This document shows positions 1 to 10,891 of a stretch of 36,412 nucleotides of DNA, one piece after another. The translations under genes were made by a program, and so were the position numbers. How positions within the stretch are numbered: position 1 is the stretch's first letter; every line of letters starts with the position of its first letter. Source of the DNA: Octopus bimaculoides. Its lineage: Eukaryota. The notes under the pieces are model-generated. The model was not told the origin of the DNA, ran no database searches, and saw nothing but the letters and a program-made list of their open reading frames with translations. Location of the stretch: NCBI RefSeq assembly GCF_001194135.2, contig NC_068993.1, forward strand, positions 16,624,075 to 16,660,486, read 5' to 3'.

Positions 1-156
1 CAGCACCACTACACCCCAACTCCCCACCCTCTTCCAGAGCTCTTTATTGACAAGGTCAACTTAATGTTTCACTTGAAAGTACTAATAAACTTAATAGCTT
101 TTTAAGATCCCAGCAGATAATTCTCTCACTTTCTGAAGTTGTGTGAGTACTTAAGC

Positions 157-169
157 TATATATATATAG

Positions 170-204
<35 letters not shown>

Positions 205-210
205 GTGTGT
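157..210. repeat. (TA)n/(TG)n microsatellite
   Basis: Direct dinucleotide run; source of the YIYI ORFs. Confidence 0.95.
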
Positions 211-415
211 GTGGTTGGGGGAGAGAGAGACCCAAGTACTCACACAGATGCAGAAGTCAAGACAGAATTGCATTACCTGCTGGGCTATACTTACATACAC
301 ACACACACATACATACATATTTATATATACACACACACATGTATCTCAGCAGGTAAACTCTCATATCTTCTAAAGTTGTGTTAGTGCTTAGGGTCTTACC
401 TCCCACCTCCCTCTT

Positions 416-418
<3 letters not shown>

Positions 419-480
<62 letters not shown>
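419..480. repeat. (TA)n microsatellite
   Basis: About 60-bp near-perfect TA run. Confidence 0.95.
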
Positions 481-486
481 GACACA

Positions 487-572
487 GGCATGGCTATGGG
501 GCTAAGAAAATCACTTTACTGCATCATAACATTGAGTTCATCCTCACTATACACCACTTGAGGCAAGTGTTT
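487..572 (+). mobile_element. SINE family A head, highly degenerate
   Basis: GGCATGGCTATGGGGCTAAGAA...GAGTTCATCCTCACT...TTGAGGCAAGTGTTTTCT aligns by eye to the heads at 15236 and 36238. Confidence 0.5.
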
Positions 573-640
573 TCTGAAACTCACGATCGCATCAGGTGTC
601 TGTGTGTCTGTGTTTCCTTGTTTCAGAAGTTTGCACTAGG

Positions 641-769
641 TGTGGCTGTGTAGTAAGTAGCTTACTCCCTAACCATTTTGTTCTAGGTTCAATCCTACTA
701 AGTAGTCCCTTGAACAAGTGTCTTCTACTATAGCCCTGGGGCTGACCAAAGCCTTTTGAGTGGATTTGG
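641..769 (+). mobile_element. SINE family A head (tRNA-like, truncated)
   Basis: GTGGCTGTGTAGTAAG (A-box-like), GGTTCAATCC (B-box), CTTGAACAAGTGTCTTCTACTATAGCC...GTGGATTTGG. Confidence 0.8.
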
Positions 770-955
770 CATGTTTGTTTTACAGATGGATGTCCTTCCC
801 AATGCCAACCATGTTATAGAGTGGACTTACTACTTTTTACATGGCACCAACACTGGTGAGGTTGGTTTGGCATAGTTATTTATGGCTGGATACCTTTCTT
901 AACTCCAACCACTTTTCAGGCTGGACTGAGTGCATTTTTACGAGGCACCAACCTA
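766..955 (-). mobile_element. Family B fragment, present as two tandem ~101-bp degenerate units
   Basis: TTGGCAT...GGATGTCCTTCCCAATGCCAACCA...TTTTTACATGGCACCAAC repeated from 766 and 867. Confidence 0.65.
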
Positions 956-974
956 ACTTCAGGTGAATCTTAAC

Positions 975-1068
975 TGATCAAATGCATTCTAGCTGAGGTC
1001 ATCTCTCAATTACATTATTCACTCACGGTAAGATTTGTGGGAGATTTGGCTACTCTTTGTAACAGATC
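975..1068 (-). mobile_element. Family F fragment (degenerate)
   Basis: GGTAAGATTTGTGGGAGATTTGGCTACTC resembles the F motif GTGATTTGAGGGAGATTTGGCTGCTATTTCTAGC. Confidence 0.4.
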
Positions 1069-1141
1069 AATCCACCATTTATAGACTCTGTAATTTTCTT
1101 TATCATAATGATTGTGCAGTGCCCACAATGAGTATTTAGTT

Positions 1142-1289
1142 CAGGCATGGGGAACCCTTTTCAGGAAGTGGGATCCATGAGGCAGATCTCATCATCAGGT
1201 GGGCCACACTACTCCAAAAAAATTTCGAAGTAATTTTTTGTTGGTATGCCATTCAGAAAGTCCTGCAGGCTGCAGTTTACTCATGACTG
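1142..1289. mobile_element. hAT (Charlie-like) MITE
   Basis: TIRs CAGGCATGGGGAA / CAGTCATGAGTAA (10/13); 8-bp TSD ATTTAGTT (1134-1141) / ATTGAGTT (1290-1297). Confidence 0.7.
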
Positions 1290-1600
1290 ATTGAGTTTGT
1301 TCTCTAGAATCCCCTGTGGCTTAGTCCAGGGAGGAAGAGCAGTGACCATTAACAGCAATAACTACATTGAAGTTTCTTCCTCGACATTCCTCATCACTTT
1401 CTTAATACATATTTCAATGTATTTTTAAAGCTGTAGATTAGGATTATGTTGGTGAAATTGCAAAAACTTTTGTGAATCAAATATGATAGTGTTTGTCTAT
1501 ATTTGAAAAATTTTCTGAATAAAACAAAAGGTTTTAAATGTATCATTCTGCAGTAATGTGCCCCATTCCTCTATTATATTTTGCAACAATCATGAGGAAC

Positions 1601-1783
1601 CCGCTGGACTGGCCCTCGTGCCGGTGGCATGTAAAAAGCACCCACTACACTCTTGGAGTGGTTGGCATTAAGAAGGGCATCCAGCTGTAGAAACTCTGCC
1701 AGATCAGTTCAGTCCTCAGTCAAATCGTCCAACCCATGCTAGCATGGAAAGCAGACGTTAAATGATGAGGATGATGATGATGA
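1601..1783 (+). mobile_element. Family B1 retroposon ((GAT)n tail; RTE-like SINE or LINE 3' end)
   Basis: CGTGCCGGTGGCATGTAAAAAGCACCC...GAAGGGCATCCAGCTGTAGAAAC...GCATGGAAAGCAGACGTTAAATGATGAGGATGATG; close to copies at 10119 and 21629. Confidence 0.9.
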
Positions 1784-2198
1784 AAAAGATACAAACACTT
1801 TTTTTTCTGCATCAGAAACAAAGTTTTTTTTTTTTAAATCACCATCGCCGTAATCTGTACTTTCAAAAATGTATCTCTCCAAAATTTAATTTTAATAAAA
1901 TTATGCATTATGAATAAAAGTTCTAAGGAAACAAAATCTAGCTAGGTTGGAGTAGACCACTAAACTATAGGCCTCTAACACTCATGAGAAGAGCGAAAGA
2001 GGAAACTGCTGGTTATAAGATCTTGCAGTAGGAAGCAGTGTATTGAGATGTTGAATATATCTTGAGACAGGTGACCTTGTTCAAATACTTGCAACAGACA
2101 GGTAGTAGTGTTAAACTGGATGCTATCAATTACTGTCAAAAATGAAATAACAGAAAAAAAAAAAAAATTAAAAAGAGCTGATAAACAGCATTTTAGTA

Positions 2199-2587
2199 TT
2201 GTTGTTGTTGGCACTCCGTCGCTTACGATGTCGAGGGTTCCAGTTGATCCGATCAACGGAACAGCCTGCTCGTGAAATTAATGTGCAAGTGGCTGAGCAC
2301 TCCACAGACATGTGTACCCTCAATGTAGTTCTCAGGGATATTCAGTGTGACACAGTATGACAAGGCTGACCCTTTGAATTACAGTCACAACAGAAACAGG
2401 AAGTAAGAGTGAGAGAAAGTTGTGGTGAAAGAGTACAGCAGGGTTTGCCACCATCCCCTGCCGGAGCCTCGTGGAGCTTTAGGTGCTTTCGTTCAATAAA
2501 CACTCACAACGCCCGGTCTGGGAATCGAAACCGCGATCCTATGACTGCGAGTCCACTGCCCTAACCACTGGGCCATTGTGCCTCCAC
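2199..2587 (-). mobile_element. SINE family C, full length (tRNA-derived, (CAA)n tail)
   Basis: Reverse complement of 24641-25028; A-box TGGCCCAGTGG, B-box GGTTTCGATTCC; TSD AAACAGCATTTTAGTA (2183-2198) / AAACAACATTTTAGTA (2594-2609). Confidence 0.92.
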
Positions 2588-2974
2588 TTACTAAAACAAC
2601 ATTTTAGTAATTGAGAAGAAATTAGCATGTTAGGATCTGGTAAATGTTCATCAAGGAATACCAAATATGAGTTGAGAGATATGGCTTACTATCAGAACTA
2701 TAGGCTGATGTATGCAGCAGAGATGATAATATCGGTTCAGAATATATCATGTAAATTAATGATTAGTGCCTTGATTTAATAACAAGAGTATCCTTGGTTA
2801 GAATTTGACCTGAGAATATTTTGGAGAAAAGTTACTGAATCAGATTTGTGAATATTAATCCTCACAAATAAAGCAATGAAAAACTATGGCACTTAAATAG
2901 ATACTTATGATATTGTTTTGGAGATGCATTTAACCTAGAAGGTAGAAGCGGATACAAAAACTTGTGTTTTGTTT

Positions 2975-3505
2975 ATATACACTTGTAAACTTGTGGATGC
3001 GTATGTATGAATGCATATGTATTTATATAATAGCTGTGTATGTGTGTGCATGTTCTTGTATATGTGTGTGCATGTGTTATGTATATCTTGCAGGTATGTG
3101 TGTACATGTATTTGTTAGGTATATCTTGCGTGTGTTTGTTAAGTATATCTTGCATGTGTGTGCATTCATTTAAGTGCATGTGTATTGATATATATATATA
3201 TATTGCCTGTGTGTATGCAGATTTGTATATTTGTAGGTGTATGTATATCTCTGTCTGTAGGTGTATATAAATGCATGTGTGTATATGGATACAAATGCAC
3301 ATGCATTTATATGTAAGTATATATATATATATATATATAATACATTCCATCCTTCACTCATTCAAATTTTCATTCTTTGTCTTACAGCACTGCAGAAATA
3401 CTTCTTGCTCTTACATCCGACCTCATCAACTTGTACACATATTTAAACATGCAGATACTTACACACACACACACACACACACTCCTTCTTGCACACATAC
3501 ACAGA
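2975..3505. repeat. Degenerate (TG/TA/CA)n compound microsatellite field
   Basis: About 500 bp of alternating purine-pyrimidine low-complexity sequence. Confidence 0.9.
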
Positions 3506-5261
3506 TTGTATAGAGCTTTAAATAAATGAAATCTAAAGATGACTGGTGAATCTATCAGTCAATAGAGTTGTTCTGTAATTTTAACAAAGACATAAGCAAG
3601 TGGGGGTATGAAGGAAATAAATAACACACAAGTATAACATATGAATGGCCTCTACTTAAACTCCCATGAAACCTTGCAATTGTTAAGATACATCAATGGA
3701 GTCCTTTCTCTCAGATTCCGTTGGCCATCAAACAAACAAACAAACAATACTATCAAACAAACAAGCAATACTATCAAACACAAACAAGCGCATTGATAAA
3801 AATTAACAAACATACTGAATAAGAATAAAACGTAAACAATGATTTATCAATACTTTTTAAAATATGATTAAGGAAATAGACATTTTTGCCTGCTCAACTA
3901 TTCTGAATGCTAAATGAAATAAATAAAATGTAATATTGTAGGATAGAACAGAAGAGAGCAGAATATAGCATCAATAGTTGGCATTGAAGCATATTGGAAA
4001 AACATTTACGTATTTGTTTATTTTATTTTATTTTATTTTATTTATTTGATGTTTCGTTTTATGCTTTTCTTTTGCTTTCTCTAATGCAAGTTGCGGCTCT
4101 ATTTTCCGTAAGCAAACACTGTTCAAATATTCCTTTATCTAGTCTATCTACAGACATGTTGTTTGGCTGATGAACAGTGTTAAGTTGTAGTTTTCGGAAA
4201 TGAGTTTGGAGTCAGTTGTGATAGTTGATGATGATGGATGAGTTGTAGTTGTTGTTGGTGGTGGTAGGGTGTTAGGAAGATGATCACTGGTGTAGAATAA
4301 AGATTATTTTGTTTTGTTTTGTCTTTTAAGGATGACCAAACAGCCTTGTTCTTCTCAGCTAGGCTGGTTATTATCTCCTTTTGGAATAGTTAAACTTGGA
4401 ATAGCATTTATTGGTAGAGATCTATACACAAGAACAGAAAATAGAGTGCCGGTCCGGGCTGATGCCATGCTGTGTTGTAAGCCATAGAGGGGGGGAAGTG
4501 GATTAACAAAGGAAGCAATCTGGTTTAGGGTGGAGTAAACAAAGAGATCTTGTGATGGTGATTATTATAACAAATGTTGGAACAAAATAAGAAACTTATT
4601 TTGTTTTTCTTTCCTTGTTTTCTTTATTTTATTTTTTTTTTCTTCTTAAGGATGATAGCTTTGCTTTTCTGCCTGGCTGCTGGTTGGTTGCTCATCATTA
4701 TTATCTTCTTCCACAGAATGGTTTAGTTTAGGCTAACTTGCAATATCTATCATTCATTAAACAAATGATTTGTTACACATGTGCATATATATTTACATTC
4801 AGCCTTTTATTTACATTACATACTCTTTCTCCCTTGATGCTCTCTGTCATCCTCTCTCCTTCTTTTCCCCAACCCTTCTTTCTTCTTCAGCTCTAAAAGC
4901 AAGGCTGTTATTGGTTCCCTAAGCTATGAGCTGAGTTAATCAATCTTAGAAATCATTTATTTCTAAAATAAAACCACCAATGTGTCACAAATTAGTCTTC
5001 TGTTTCTTTTTGGTCTTTCTATTGTTTTTCTACATATATAAATTATAATGATTCTTAGGCTTGATACTTAGATCTGATTATGTCATATTAAACAGATGAA
5101 AAATATATCTTCCCTTGGAAAAAATGCTAGTCTATTGTACATTGTTTTTCTCAACTCCACAACAGAAAACAATAATGAACAAGAGAACTTCTATGCGGTC
5201 ACACAGCCTCTCAGATACAGCAGTCAAATCTCCTTCTGATTACACCAGACACTCTCGAAAA

Positions 5262-5395
5262 GGAAAGGACATGCTGTGTAATGTAGTTAGTCCTTGGTTT
5301 ATAGTGTTCAAGAAAAGCATGGATTGGTCATGACTGGCACACTTTTGATCATAAGTTTGCTTGGTGGGAGCTGACCTGGGATTAAACCACAACTC
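5262..5395 (+). mobile_element. Family F 3' fragment
   Basis: AAAGGACATGCTGTGTAATGTAG...GGTCATGACTGG...TTTGATCATAAG...GCTGACCTGGGATTAAACCACAAC. Confidence 0.6.
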
Positions 5396-5484
5396 ATTTT
5401 TATAGTACTGCTATGTATATTGGTGAATTAAACCATCAATCAGCACATACTGTAATACAAGTTACTATTGAAAGTCTGGCCTGC

Positions 5485-5718
5485 AAGAGCCTTGTGCTGG
5501 TGTCATGTAAAAAAACACTCTTGTCAGTAGCAGGTAAGAGTGCTTGTGTCAGTGCCATGTTAAAAGCACCCAGCATACACTGTAAAGTGGTCGGCATTGG
5601 GAAGGGCATCTAACTTTAGAAACCAAGCCAAATCAAACTGGGACCTGTTGTAGCTCTCTGATTTGCTAGCTTTGGTCAAACTTCCCAATCCATGCCAGCA
5701 TGGAAAACAGGCATAAAA
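5485..5718 (+). mobile_element. Family B copy with duplicated 5' hairpin motif
   Basis: CTTGTGCTGGTGTCATGTAAAAAAACAC and CTTGTGTCAGTGCCATGTTAAAAGCACC about 52 bp apart, then GGAAGGGCATC...CCATGCCAGCATGGAAAAC. Confidence 0.75.
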
Positions 5719-7045
5719 CGCTTGATCTCCGATTGATTCTGAGAGACCCTGTGGGTGTGAAAATTATCACCTAAATCTAAAATTAATCTCTTTATAAAAC
5801 TACCCAAGTAAAGAGGTCAGTTCTTTAACTTGAATAATTGAAGTGTTGATTAATTTACGTGTGAAATTTGCTCCCAGTAGGACCCTAATTTATCACTGAA
5901 TTTAAGAAATTATAGGGACAGACCTTTTGGTACTGCCAACTCTCTTGAAGCATCAAGTTCTATGATTCTAAACTTCCCATTTTAAAGAGTCCATATCCAA
6001 ATTAAAAACTTCCATTGTAATTTTATGGAAGAATATTTTGTATTCCAAACAACAGTTTAATTATAGAAAAATAACCTTTATAAAACTGTCCAAATTCTTC
6101 AATATTTTCAAAATTAATTGGAAACTCATAGAAATAATTGAAAATTCATTGGAAAATTGGTTACAAAAGGGTTAAATATTTTACAAGTATTGTATGAACT
6201 GTCAAAGAAAATTATCTTGCTTGAATATAACGAAATGCTAAATTGATGACAAGATTTGAAACTATGATCTATATGAATTATGAGTCTAGCTCATCCACTG
6301 ATGTAAATATTGAACAAAGAGGCATCTAGATGATATCCGGTTCTCAGATATAATGTAGTTCTCAATGAAACTCTTATCAATTCTCCACTAAGTAGATAAG
6401 TACTGAAATTATTAGAGAGGGAGAGAAGATTAGACATTTTATCAAGCACTGATCGGTGAACCTTTTTGTTGATTGGTTCATCAGTGTTTACATGGTGGAC
6501 AGGTATTAATGTTCATTAAAACATTATTGCCAGTTTGTGTGTGTGTGTGTGTATAAATATATATATATATAGAGAGAGAGAGAGACAGACAGACAGAGAG
6601 ATGTGCATGTGTAGTTGTATGTTTGTATTATTGTAAGCTGTATAATCCTATTTAATGTGCGATTATGTCTTTTTATCTACCTTTGATTGCTATTCTATTT
6701 ATTTCTGTTTGTTTGATAACAAACTGATCAACCACAAATACAAGAGAGTGCTTATCACAAGATGTAATCCTCCCAACATCATTGCCTTTGTTTTGTTTTT
6801 CGCTTTTTCCTTTTTTTTCCTGCTCACTGTATTTCAGCTCTATTGTGTACATCCTGATTTAGAATAGGTACAGCACATCTTTGCATGCCATAAGTAGCAA
6901 CAAGAAGGATCAGTCGCAGGAAGAGCATCCAGTTATAAAATACAGCATCAGAAAATTTGTCTAGCCCATGGAGAGATTTTCTGAGGCCACATTTGGAAAG
7001 GCTGACATAAAATGATAATAGTGATATGGATGGTAGTGAATAGGG

Positions 7046-7261
7046 TAGCATTTAAACTGGCCATATCCAACTCAAATATTTTATATTATGTTCAAACCAG
7101 CCAGATCTGGCCTCTCACATCTATCTTACAATGTCAAATCTAAAAATAAACAACCACATCTTCAAAATCTCAAAGCTTCAAGTTAATACATAATTAAATC
7201 AAAATAATGTGACTAATTAAGCATTACATTTGACAGAGTAATTTGAATGCTAAAAGGTTAA
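7046..7261. mobile_element. piggyBac-like TTAA MITE, copy 1 (one end clipped)
   Basis: TAGCATTTAAACTGGCCATATC...GAATGCTAAAAGG|TTAA; inverted homolog of 7766-8147. Confidence 0.7.
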
Positions 7262-7264
7262 AGG

Positions 7265-7380
7265 TGTTCCAGCCATGACTATCAGAACTTTTTTTATTTT
7301 CTTTATTGTCCAATGTTTCTCTGCTTTTTAAAGTTTGTAGGGTGTGATTTGAAAAAGATTTGGCTGCTGTTTCTGGCGGT
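7265..7380 (-). mobile_element. Family F fragment
   Basis: TTCCAGCCATGACTATC...GTAGGGTGTGATTTGAAAAAGATTTGGCTGCTGTTTCTGGC. Confidence 0.65.
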
Positions 7381-7761
7381 TCAAGTGATAGTATAAGGGA
7401 AAGGGAAACTTTGTTTTCCATTGTATGTGTACAAGGGAGTCTAGGAAAGCAAGGAAGTTCTTATGTAGAAATAAAGTACTGTACTCCTTTATCAATTGCA
7501 AGGATGCAAAAGAGCCTGGAGAAATAAAAAAAGTTCTGATATGGGGTACTACTACTTTGTCAGTTGTATGGCTGTTGGGAAACCGAAACACCAAGGCACT
7601 TTATTCCTATACTAGAACTTCCTTGGCTTCTTGCATCCATACAACTAATTAAAAGAATATATCATTTCTATATAAAAACTTTTCTTGTTCTAGGTTTCTC
7701 TTACTCATATAACATGTTAAAGATTACTCTTTTAACAGTTGTATGGATGTAGGGAGTTAGG

Positions 7762-8151
7762 TTAACCCTTTAGGATTCAGAATATTCTGCTGGGCACAAT
7801 GGTTATTTATTCAAATTGGTTTGAATTTGTTTATAAATCTATTTATAAGTGTTTTGCTTTCTCGTGGTTTTATATTTAAAAAAAAAATGTTAAATTGCAG
7901 ATGTTAGGTTCATACCTCAGAAATAGATTTAAGAATTATCTCTTTATTATATATTTTAATTTGACTTTAGTTTAATTTTTACTTGCATTAATCATGCATT
8001 ATCTCACTGCTTCTAGATTTCAATGATGTCATAGTATATTTCTAGAATGACATTACATGGTAGGTGTGAAATGCTGAATTTGGTCAGTTTGAACATAATG
8101 GATGTAGAATATTTGGGCCAGATATGGCTGGTTTAAATGCTAAAGGGTTAA
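7762..8151. mobile_element. piggyBac-like TTAA MITE, copy 2 (complete, internal ~150-bp extra segment)
   Basis: TTAA|CCCTTTAGGATT...AATGCTAAAGGG|TTAA: 12-bp TIR with 1 mismatch, CCC...GGG ends, TTAA on both sides. Confidence 0.8.
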
Positions 8152-8164
8152 TCAAGGAAGTCTC

Positions 8165-8343
8165 AGTGTTGTCATTCAATATGTTAGACATAGTAGCTAA
8201 ATCTCTCAAGTCATACTATTCTTTACATCTTGAGTAATGTAGTCTGAGTTGGACCATATCTGAAAAGATTGGATAGTAATGGTTACAATATGTCTGAACA
8301 TAGGTCTACTTGAAGGAGGCTAACTTGAGGCTAAACAACAACT
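8165..8343 (+). mobile_element. Family F copy (degenerate)
   Basis: TAGACATAGTAGCTAAATCTCTC...CATAGGTCT...GCTAACTTGAGGCTAAACAACAAC. Confidence 0.6.
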
Positions 8344-8382
8344 GACTACATTTATGGAGACATTAATATAGATCAAGGATAT

Positions 8383-8795
8383 ATCTTTTATCTTTTACTT
8401 GTTTCAGTCATTAGACTGCAGCCATGCTGGGGCACCACCTTGAAGAATTTTTAGTCAAATGCATTGACCCCCCTCAGTACTTACTTTTTTTAAAACCTGG
8501 TGCTTATTCTACCAGTCTCTTTTGCTAAACTGCTAAGAGGACGTAAACACACCAGCGCCGGTTGTCAAGAGGTGTGGAAGTGGGATACAATCACAGACAC
8601 AAAGACACACACATACACAAAGACACACACATACACACACCTATGGTAGACTTCTTTCAGTTTCCGTCTACCAGTTCCATTCGCAAGGCTTTGGTTGGAT
8701 CAGGGTCATAGTAGAAGACACTTGCACAAGGTGCCATGCAGTGGGACTGAACCCCGAACCATGTAGTTGGGAAGCAAGCTTCTTACCACATACCT
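8383..8795 (-). mobile_element. SINE family A, full length, internal (CA)-rich microsatellite
   Basis: Tail TCTTTTACTTGTTTCAGTCATTAGACTGCAGCCATGCTGG, body, CA tract 8590-8640, head GGGACTGAACCCCGAACCATG...TTCTTACCACA. Confidence 0.9.
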
Positions 8796-8857
8796 ACACC
8801 TACATCTATAATATGTTCATGGAAAAAGTGTAACAAGTTATGTTGAAAGTCATACTG

Positions 8858-9035
8858 TTGTTGTTCACAGTATAGGGTCAGCCCTCCTACAGCAGACCTG
8901 TGATCCAAACCATTCTAGCTGCCACTATTCTGTCTACAGATCTATCTATTACTACATTATCCAATATGTCTTTCATTGTCTTAAGACAGTAGGGTGTGAT
9001 TTGATGAACATTTAGCTGCTATTTCTAGCAGGCCT
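8858..9035 (-). mobile_element. Family F copy
   Basis: GTTGTTGTT...GGTCAGCCCT...CAGACCTGTGATC...ACTACATTATCCAAT...GTAGGGTGTGATTTG...TAGCTGCTATTTCTAGCAGG. Confidence 0.75.
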
Positions 9036-9542
9036 GGTATGAAAATACTGCTGTTGAAAGGGTTGTGATAGTTGTAATAGTGGTTGTGTTGGTTGCGATG
9101 AATACTCCGAGTTTATGAAACGTTTAGCGTTTGGCTCTAATTGAGTACTTAAGTCAGGAAATAAACTGACTGGGTTTTGATTTATTTTATTTATCTTTTG
9201 CCCATTTATTCTGTTCATTTTATTTTATGACATTTTTATTGAGTTTTCATTTATTGAAGCTTTACTAGTAAATAGACAGAAACCTTACTTGTCAGCTAAG
9301 ATTAAATCTATTTCCTTTACATAACAAGACTGCATGATGAAGTCTAAATTTTTCTCTTCAAGGCTAGAAAATATTTCATTTCTGAACAACTGATAACTCT
9401 TTTCAGTGCACAAATATTCACTACACTTTAGGTTTATCTTAATATTTGATAAAGAGAATATGCATCGTGCATACACCCATTAATAAACCACTATCCAGGA
9501 AAAAGTATCTACTGCCTGATTTTTCTAGTGCTTCTCTCACTA

Positions 9543-9960
9543 CCACCATCATCATCATCCTTATTTAATGTCCATTTTCCATGCTGGCATGGGCTGGACG
9601 GTTTGACAGGAGCTGGCCAGCCGAGGAGCTGTCCAGACCCCAATTGTCTGTTATGACATGGTTTCTTATTTCTTTACTGCCCACAAGGGGCTACACACAG
9701 AGGGGACAAACAAGGACAGACAAACGGATTGTCAATTATATCGACCCCAGTGCATAACTGGTACTTATTTAATTGCCCCCGAAAGGATGAAAGCCAAAGT
9801 TGACCTCGGCGGAATTTGAACTCAGAACGTATAAAGACAGACGAAATACTGCAAAGCCTTTCGCCCGGCGTGCTAACGTTTCTGCCAGCTCGCCGCCTTA
9901 ATGACACGGTTTCGCCTGTTATGACATAGTTTCTACAGCTGGATGCCCTTCCTAATGCCA
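9543..9960 (-). mobile_element. Family B2 copy interrupted by SINE D
   Basis: (CAT)n...TTTAATGTCCATTTTCCATGCTGGCATGGG...CTGTTATGACATGGTTTC [D] TACAGCTGGATGCCCTTCCTAATGCC. Confidence 0.8.
9666..9900 (-). mobile_element. SINE family D, full length (tRNA-like head, Meta-domain-like core), nested in B
   Basis: Minus: GGCGAGCTGGCAGAAACG...GAGTTCAAATTCC (B-box)...CTTTCATCCTTTCGGGG...ATAAGTACCAG...CTGGGGTCGATATAATTGAC; TSD CTGTTATGACATRGTTTC at 9648-9665 / 9916-9933. Confidence 0.88.
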
Positions 9961-9961
9961 T

Positions 9962-10034
9962 ATCATCATCATCATCATCATTTAAGGCTGACCTTTCCAT
10001 GCTTGCATGGCTCAGATGAAAATTGTTGAGGTAG
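9962..10034 (-). mobile_element. Family B3 3' fragment
   Basis: (CAT)n-TTTAAGG...TTTCCATGCTTGCATGGCTCAGATGAAAATTGTTGAGGTAG matches the 3' end of 16598-16825. Confidence 0.65.
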
Positions 10035-10041
10035 CATGGCC

Positions 10042-10088
10042 TGCATGGCCACAGTCAAATGACTGAAACAAGTAAAAGAATAAAAGAA
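10042..10088 (+). mobile_element. SINE A tail-only insertion
   Basis: GCATGGCCACAGTCAAATGACTGAAACAAGTAAAAGAATAAAAGA. Confidence 0.85.
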
Positions 10089-10118
10089 TATATATCTTTT
10101 ATCTTAAGATAATATATA

Positions 10119-10313
10119 TCATCATCATCGTTTAACGTCCGCCTTCCATGCTAGCATGGGTTGGACGATTTGACTGAGGACTGGTGAAACTGGATGGCAA
10201 CACCAGGCTCCAATCTAATTTGGCAGAGTTTCTACAGCTGGATGCCCTTCCTAACGCCAACCACTCAGAGAGTGTAGTGGGTGCTTTTACGTGTCACCCA
10301 CACGAAAACGGCC
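10119..10313 (-). mobile_element. Family B1 copy (young), runs into gap
   Basis: Near-identical reverse complement of 21629-21823. Confidence 0.92.
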
Positions 10314-10891
10314 NNNNNNNNNNNNNNNNNNNNNNNNNNNNNNNNNNNNNNNNNNNNNNNNNNNNNNNNNNNNNNNNNNNNNNNNNNNNNNNNNNNNNNN
10401 NNNNNNNNNNNNNNNNNNNNNNNNNNNNNNNNNNNNNNNNNNNNNNNNNNNNNNNNNNNNNNNNNNNNNNNNNNNNNNNNNNNNNNNNNNNNNNNNNNNN
10501 NNNNNNNNNNNNNNNNNNNNNNNNNNNNNNNNNNNNNNNNNNNNNNNNNNNNNNNNNNNNNNNNNNNNNNNNNNNNNNNNNNNNNNNNNNNNNNNNNNNN
10601 NNNNNNNNNNNNNNNNNNNNNNNNNNNNNNNNNNNNNNNNNNNNNNNNNNNNNNNNNNNNNNNNNNNNNNNNNNNNNNNNNNNNNNNNNNNNNNNNNNNN
10701 NNNNNNNNNNNNNNNNNNNNNNNNNNNNNNNNNNNNNNNNNNNNNNNNNNNNNNNNNNNNNNNNNNNNNNNNNNNNNNNNNNNNNNNNNNNNNNNNNNNN
10801 NNNNNNNNNNNNNNNNNNNNNNNNNNNNNNNNNNNNNNNNNNNNNNNNNNNNNNNNNNNNNNNNNNNNNNNNNNNNNNNNNNNNNNNNNNN
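10314..10891. other. Assembly gap (578 N)
   Basis: N run. Confidence 1.

Noticed and set aside
139-3513. ORFs rich in YI/HT/CV
   Set aside because: Translations of TA/CA/TG microsatellites.
3735-3790. ~20-bp tandem CAATACTATCAAACAAACAAG
   Set aside because: Ordinary slippage in an (AAAC)n tract.
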